Under the pieces are notes generated by a model, which was not told the origin of the DNA, ran no database searches, and was given only the letters and a program-made list of their open reading frames with translations. Both the position numbers and the translations under genes were made by a program. DNA of 64,000 bases from an uncultured Gammaproteobacteria bacterium (GTDB lineage: Bacteria > Patescibacteriota > Microgenomatia > UBA8517): positions 7,169-71,168 of the forward strand of contig CAZIPM010000006.1 of NCBI GenBank assembly GCA_964541395.1, written 5' to 3'. Positions 59,682 through 64,000 of the stretch are shown here, in pieces. Position 1 is the stretch's first letter. Every line of letters starts with the position of its first letter.

Positions 59682-61064
59682 TTATTTTGCTGGTTTATCC
59701 GACACGCTATATCCTAATTCTTCAATCTCTGCTCTTAATTTATCTGCTTCTTCATATTTACCTTCTTTTCTCAAATTTTCTCTTTTTTTGAGCAACACTT
59801 TGATATTGTCCGGAATTATTGTCTCAGTTACAGACAGATTCAATAAACCTAGTCCTAAAACCTCATCAAAACTAATAGCTAAGTCATATTTGTCTACAGC
59901 GGGAATATTACTTTTTAACATTTCCCAAAAAACTGCTAACGCCTGAGGAACATTTATGTCGTCCAGTAAAGATTCTCTAAATTTGTCTTGAAACTCCCCT
60001 ATCTTTAATTCTTTCTCTTGAGACAGAATTGTTCTTTCTTTGCTGTTTATATTTGCCTGAACCAAACTTCTCAATTTATCGAGTGCGTTTTTTGCAGAAT
60101 CTAATGATTCGAAGGAAAATCTAAGACCCTTTTTATAATGAGATGTTAAAATTAAATACCTCATAGACAGTGGGTCATATCCTTTTTTAACCAAATCCTG
60201 TGCGGTAACATAATTTCCGAGGCTTTTACTCATTTTCTCTCCCCCTTCACCAGTCAGCCAACCATTATGTAACCAATAGTTTGCAGTCCGCATACCGAAG
60301 GCAGCAAATCCTTGTGCAATTTCATTGGTATGGTGAACTTTAATGTGTTCAACGCCACCTGTATGAATATCGAAATTTTCTCCTAAATATTTTGTGGACA
60401 TTGCGGTACATTCAATATGCCAACCTGGATATCCTTCACCCCAAGGGCTTTCCCATTTCATAATATGATTTGGGTTAATTGCCCAAAGAAAAAAATCCCA
60501 TGAAAGCTTTTTTTCATTATCCACCTCAACATCTTCCCCGGATTTCATCTCGGCTAAATTAAGGTCACCAAATTTGGAATAATCAGAAAACTTACCAGTA
60601 TCATAAACAAGGCCTTTTTTGGTCAGATAGGCAAATTTGTTTTTCTCAATTTTTTGATTTAATTGGATTTGTTCCGGGATATTTTCTGTAGCTCTGCACA
60701 AAATATCAGGGGGTGTTATTCCCAGAAGTTTCATACTATCCTTAAACTGGTCGATATATTTATTAGCAACATCCCAAACTGATATTCCTTCTCTTTTTGC
60801 TCCTTTTTCCATTTTATCAAGACCAGTATCTTCATCCGAAGTCATGTGCCCAACATCTGTTACATTCATCACCCATTTGACTTTATAACCTATAAATCTT
60901 AAGGTTCTGACCAAGACATCCCACTGTACATACGCATACATATGACCTATGTGCTGATTCCAATAAACTGTGGGGCCACAAGAGTAGATACCTACTTCAT
61001 TTGCTTTATTTGCTACAAACTTTTCTTTTTTACCTGTTAATGTATTTGATAAATATAAATCCAT
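59682..61064 (-). CDS. cysS: cysteinyl-tRNA synthetase
   Basis: 460 aa. HIGH (NQHIGHMY) and KMSKS (KMSKSLGN) motifs, Zn-binding Cys (YSCGPTVY), and a C-terminal DALR-like domain. Confidence 0.95.
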   Translation of the reverse strand: MDLYLSNTLTGKKEKFVANKANEVGIYSCGPTVYWNQHIGHMYAYVQWDVLVRTLRFIGYKVKWVMNVTDVGHMTSDEDTGLDKMEKGAKREGISVWDVANKYIDQFKDSMKLLGITPPDILCRATENIPEQIQLNQKIEKNKFAYLTKKGLVYDTGKFSDYSKFGDLNLAEMKSGEDVEVDNEKKLSWDFFLWAINPNHIMKWESPWGEGYPGWHIECTAMSTKYLGENFDIHTGGVEHIKVHHTNEIAQGFAAFGMRTANYWLHNGWLTGEGGEKMSKSLGNYVTAQDLVKKGYDPLSMRYLILTSHYKKGLRFSFESLDSAKNALDKLRSLVQANINSKERTILSQEKELKIGEFQDKFRESLLDDINVPQALAVFWEMLKSNIPAVDKYDLAISFDEVLGLGLLNLSVTETIIPDNIKVLLKKRENLRKEGKYEEADKLRAEIEELGYSVSDKPAK

Positions 61065-61073
61065 AAGTCTATT

Positions 61074-61277
61074 CTAATCTGGTGAATGCATTTTGTGAAC
61101 TAGATTAATTCTATGCTTTTTAGATAACAGTTTCTTTGCAAAGTTTTCTAAACTGATATTCTGCTTACTTAACCTAAACTCATTATCCCAGTAATTGATT
61201 TCGAGCCAAATAATGTTTCCCTTTTCATCTTCTGCCCTGTATTTGGCATTATCAATGTAATATTTTGTAATTTTCAT
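61074..61277 (-). CDS. hypothetical protein
   Basis: 67-aa ORF immediately upstream of cysS. Confidence 0.3.
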   Translation of the reverse strand: MKITKYYIDNAKYRAEDEKGNIIWLEINYWDNEFRLSKQNISLENFAKKLLSKKHRINLVHKMHSPD

Positions 61278-61294
61278 ACTTTAGAAAACTAAAA

Positions 61295-61318
61295 AACTCC
61301 CCTTCGGGAGCTTTGTCA
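61295..61318 (-). terminator. Rho-independent terminator on the minus strand (agctccc-GAAG-gggagtt + U6)
   Basis: Minus-strand reading is gctcccgaaggggagtttttt: a 5-7 bp stem with a 4-nt loop, then 6 T. Confidence 0.6.
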
Positions 61319-61330
61319 ATTAAAACCAAA

Positions 61331-61357
61331 AAACTCCCTGGTTATCGTGGGAGTTTA
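61331..61357 (-). terminator. second tandem Rho-independent terminator on the minus strand (actccc-10 nt loop-gggagt + U6)
   Basis: Minus-strand reading is actcccacgataaccagggagtttttt. It lies downstream of the vapBC pair. Confidence 0.5.
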
Positions 61358-61510
61358 CAAGCGACACTCTTTTCACCTAAAATTAGCCTACCATCTATTT
61401 TTACTAAATGGTGCGCCCTCTCAAAAACATCCCTATCATAGAAAGATGACATATTTGTATTATAATTTGATTTTTAAAAAAGTAAATATATATAGGTAAA
61501 GCCATTTTTT

Positions 61511-61939
61511 CTAACCTGACAATAGATCTTTAGGCTCAACGCGTTTAACACCTAATTTATCAAAATCCCTATCATAGGAAACTACTGACCACTTACCGTC
61601 GTAAACTTGTGGAATTGAAGCTATTTGTGAATCTATAAATTTGACCGATTTGTTTTCAAACATATTTAGAGCTGAGAGTGTATTATAACCATCAACAAAT
61701 TTAATTTTAACTATGTTTATAATACTTTTTACAGCCGATATTACATCGGTTTTTGAATGTTTATAATGTGATGAAAGAACCCAGACAATTTCCGATAATA
61801 CAAGATTGGGAACAATTCCAATAACGTCTCCCTTTTCTATTCGTTTTAGAAGCAATGAACATTCATTTTTTTGGACACTATCCAATCCAGAAAAAATTCT
61901 TAGAAATACGTTTGTATCTAAAATATATGTTTTCATCAA
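61511..61939 (-). CDS. vapC: PIN-domain ribonuclease toxin VapC
   Basis: 142 aa. Starts ILDTNV (first acidic residue); conserved PIN Asp/Glu positions (SEIV..., SYDRDF). Confidence 0.8.
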   Translation of the reverse strand: MMKTYILDTNVFLRIFSGLDSVQKNECSLLLKRIEKGDVIGIVPNLVLSEIVWVLSSHYKHSKTDVISAVKSIINIVKIKFVDGYNTLSALNMFENKSVKFIDSQIASIPQVYDGKWSVVSYDRDFDKLGVKRVEPKDLLSG

Positions 61940-62178
61940 GACCTGGAATATTTTTTTTCCATCGCCTCACGAGACTTCAGAATATCAGGCATGGATTTAG
62001 GAATCTTGAATTTACCTGCCAGATCGAAAATACTTGGACCCCCGGGCTCTATTCTTATGTGGTTATCACCTTTTACCATTGTAATTTTAGAATTTGGTTT
62101 TATGTCTAAATATTTCCGGAAATCTTGAGGTATTGTGATTTGACCCTTTCGTGTAACTGTAGTAGTAATGATCTGCAT
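61936..62178 (-). CDS. vapB: AbrB/MazE (SpoVT-AbrB) type antitoxin VapB
   Basis: 80 aa. Swapped-hairpin motif TVTRKGQITIPQDFRK; overlaps vapC by 4 bp. Confidence 0.75.
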   Translation of the reverse strand: MQIITTTVTRKGQITIPQDFRKYLDIKPNSKITMVKGDNHIRIEPGGPSIFDLAGKFKIPKSMPDILKSREAMEKKYSRS

Positions 62179-62242
62179 AAAGTAACTATATTATAAAAGT
62201 ATTACTTTGTCAAGTATTACTACTTTACTTAAAAGTAAATCT

Positions 62243-62755
62243 TTAGCCACTTGGGGGTACAGGTTTTTCAACTCTGGTCTGTTGTTTTTCTGCAGCTTTT
62301 CTTTGTCCACCCAGTCTTCTGTTTCTTTTACTTGGAGGCTCAACCAATCCTGATTGTTGGTTTTGTTCGTTAGCCTTTCTTTTTTGAGCAGCTTCGTTGT
62401 GCGCTTTTAAAACATCTCGTTGTTCATGGGTTAATTCTTGAAATTCTTCAACTGATATGTCTTCACCTTCTTGAATCCTTCGAATCAGATCATTAAAAAG
62501 CTTTTGTCGTCTTATATCGATCATTTCATTTTGTAGTGCTTCCAAATGTCTTTGATCAGATGAATCAACCTGCTGTTTTAATATTTGCTCGTTTTGGAGT
62601 TTTTGTTTTTCAGCTTCTTGTGCCGGATCATAATATTGTTCTTCTTGTTCTCCTGAAATTTGAGATCTAGCAGCCTTTAGAAGTTCTAATGGCTCTGCCT
62701 GCATTTGTTGACCTGATTTTTTAATCGCCTGTTTAATTTGGGCAGTTGTATTCAT
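62243..62755 (-). CDS. Gln/Glu-rich coiled-coil hypothetical protein
   Basis: 170 aa, low complexity; downstream of recR on the same strand. Confidence 0.4.
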   Translation of the reverse strand: MNTTAQIKQAIKKSGQQMQAEPLELLKAARSQISGEQEEQYYDPAQEAEKQKLQNEQILKQQVDSSDQRHLEALQNEMIDIRRQKLFNDLIRRIQEGEDISVEEFQELTHEQRDVLKAHNEAAQKRKANEQNQQSGLVEPPSKRNRRLGGQRKAAEKQQTRVEKPVPPSG

Positions 62756-62779
62756 ATTTTTTACTAATCAATGTTACAA

Positions 62780-63412
62780 TTAACGTCTTCCTTCGATAGC
62801 TTGGGTCAGTGTAATATCATCAGCATACTCTAAATCCGCGCCTGTGGGTATACCCATCCCCAGTCTGGTTATTTTTAAGTTTATGCTTTCCATCTTTTTA
62901 ATCTCTTTGGTCAGATACATAGATGTTGCTTCTCCTTCCATTGTAGGATTTGTTGCGATAATAAGTTCAGTTAAAACAGAACCAGGTTCTTTTATCCTGT
63001 CCAAAAGAAGTTGCAAAAAAATCTCATCAGGCCCAATATTATCCAGCGGATTTATTGCACCATGCAAAACATGATAAAGGCCTTTATATTTTCCAGATCT
63101 TTCAAAAGCAATTAAATCCAAAGGTTGCTCAACCACTAAAATTGTATTTTTATCTCGTATCGGATCTGAACAAATAACACATGGGTCTTTTTCATCTACA
63201 TTTTTACAAATTGAACAAAGAAGTGTATCTTTTTTAAGTCTGTCCAAATTCCTGGAAAATTCATCAAGTTCATGTTGTGGGACATGAAGAAGATAAAAAC
63301 CCAACCGTTGCGCTGATTTTGGTCCTATTCCCGGTAGTTTTTCAAAAGACTCTATTAGAGCCTGTAGAGGTTTAGCAATTCGCATAGAGAACAAATTATA
63401 ACTTATAACCAA
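62780..63412 (-). CDS. recR: recombination protein RecR
   Basis: 210 aa in the track. HhH (LPGIGPKSAQRL), C4 zinc finger (CSICKN..CVICSD), Toprim. The true start is probably the internal Met, giving MRIAKPLQ... near 63385. Confidence 0.9.
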   Translation of the reverse strand: MVISYNLFSMRIAKPLQALIESFEKLPGIGPKSAQRLGFYLLHVPQHELDEFSRNLDRLKKDTLLCSICKNVDEKDPCVICSDPIRDKNTILVVEQPLDLIAFERSGKYKGLYHVLHGAINPLDNIGPDEIFLQLLLDRIKEPGSVLTELIIATNPTMEGEATSMYLTKEIKKMESINLKITRLGMGIPTGADLEYADDITLTQAIEGRR

Positions 63413-63438
63413 TTCGTTTTCTTGTATAATTTATATTG

Positions 63439-64000
63439 TGGATATAGTTTTAGATAACACGAAAGTTGAATTTAAAAGCTTTGAAGAAGAAAGGTGGGCA
63501 ATAACTAGAGGTCTTCAAAGAAAGCCAGGTGAACCTTGGCTCGAAAGAAATGAGCAATACCTGGATATTCTCCCAACATTCAATGGTAAGAATTTTCTGG
63601 AAGTTATTTCCGAAAAAGTGCGGGGGGGAGGAAAAACTCGTTTTTTAGACATTGGCGGAGGGGCAGCGCTAGCTGACTTGGAAGTTCGATCAATTCACGC
63701 ATCTGACAAACTTGACATCGAAGTAATCGGACACGAGGATGATACCAAATTATATTTAAGTGATGTTCCTCGAAGAATTACAAGAGGACCTACCGAACAG
63801 GATCTCAAAGACAATCAGATAGGATTCAATTTTATAGATTTCACAAAATTATCGGAAAAAGACGTTGAATTATTAGGACGTTTTGATGTAATCGTCGCTG
63901 TTTATTCGATTACATGGATGAAACATACTAAATATGAGCTACTCCAACAAGTCGAAAATTTATTGAAGCCTAGCGGCGTAGCTTTTATTGGACCTTTACA
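63439..64000 (+). CDS. putative class I SAM-dependent methyltransferase (5' part; runs off the window end)
   Basis: GTG-initiated open frame with no stop before position 64000. Motif I-like FLDIGGGAA and LLKPSGVAFI. TATAAT at 63425-63430 lies just upstream. Confidence 0.4.

Overview
This 64-kb window is AT-rich, densely coding, and looks like a chromosomal segment from a small-genome bacterium. By eye it resembles Candidate Phyla Radiation / Patescibacteria, but that assignment is inference only. It uses the standard genetic code: long intact housekeeping ORFs such as GyrA (871 aa), GyrB (642 aa) and DnaB (439 aa) are not broken by in-frame TGA. Recognisable housekeeping genes are pilB, a minimal holB, gyrB, ppa, a malic enzyme, gyrA, an LCP-family envelope protein, a xerC/D-like recombinase, yebC, a Kef-type antiporter, an RluA pseudouridine synthase, a DksA/TraR zinc-finger protein, efp, tRNA-Leu(CAA), dnaB, rpmE, an RF1-like release factor, HtrA and S41 proteases, rpsF-ssb-rpsR, ychF, a two-component system, an ABC-F ATPase, a ZIP transporter, cysS, a vapBC toxin-antitoxin pair, recR, and a partial methyltransferase at the 3' edge. 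Several housekeeping proteins are strikingly minimised: delta' is 197 aa, RF1 is 233 aa and lacks its N-terminal domain, the HisRS-like protein is 302 aa and lacks an anticodon-binding domain, and an MBL-like protein sits where rplI is expected. Seven things deserve a second look. (1) A consensus sigma70 promoter is followed by a T-box-like leader with an intrinsic terminator upstream of the HisRS-like gene; the T-box variable base is consistent with tRNA-His C73. (2) An accessory-looking block (13.5-19.6 kb) holds an HExxH protein, the Xer recombinase, an orphan 534-aa lysine-rich protein and two other orphans, and ends in a 930-bp extremely AT-rich noncoding island with a perfect DnaA-box 9-mer and a 16-bp palindrome. 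The island sits at a switch in gene orientation. (3) A 1387-aa modular surface protein carries Pro/Thr linkers, tandem CBM-like repeats and Ig-like domains. It lies in a cluster with an S8 subtilisin, a CpxP/Spy-like protein and a two-component system. (4) A Fic-family protein is flanked by orphan membrane proteins. (5) Two exact 116-bp direct repeats bracket a ~680-bp segment. Each repeat overlaps the 3' end of the Fic gene and encodes, on the other strand, a C-terminal 'PIPETG + TM' sorting-signal-like tail. One copy is a 42-aa mini-ORF. A tRNA-like T-arm fragment lies between the repeats. (6) A Cys-rich, Thr/Ala-rich mucin-like surface protein ends in the PETG-TM tail. (7) An Lnu/ANT(2'')-like nucleotidyltransferase is present. 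No CRISPR array, rRNA genes or obvious transposase were seen. All calls come from reading the sequence and the ORF translations by eye; no database search was possible.
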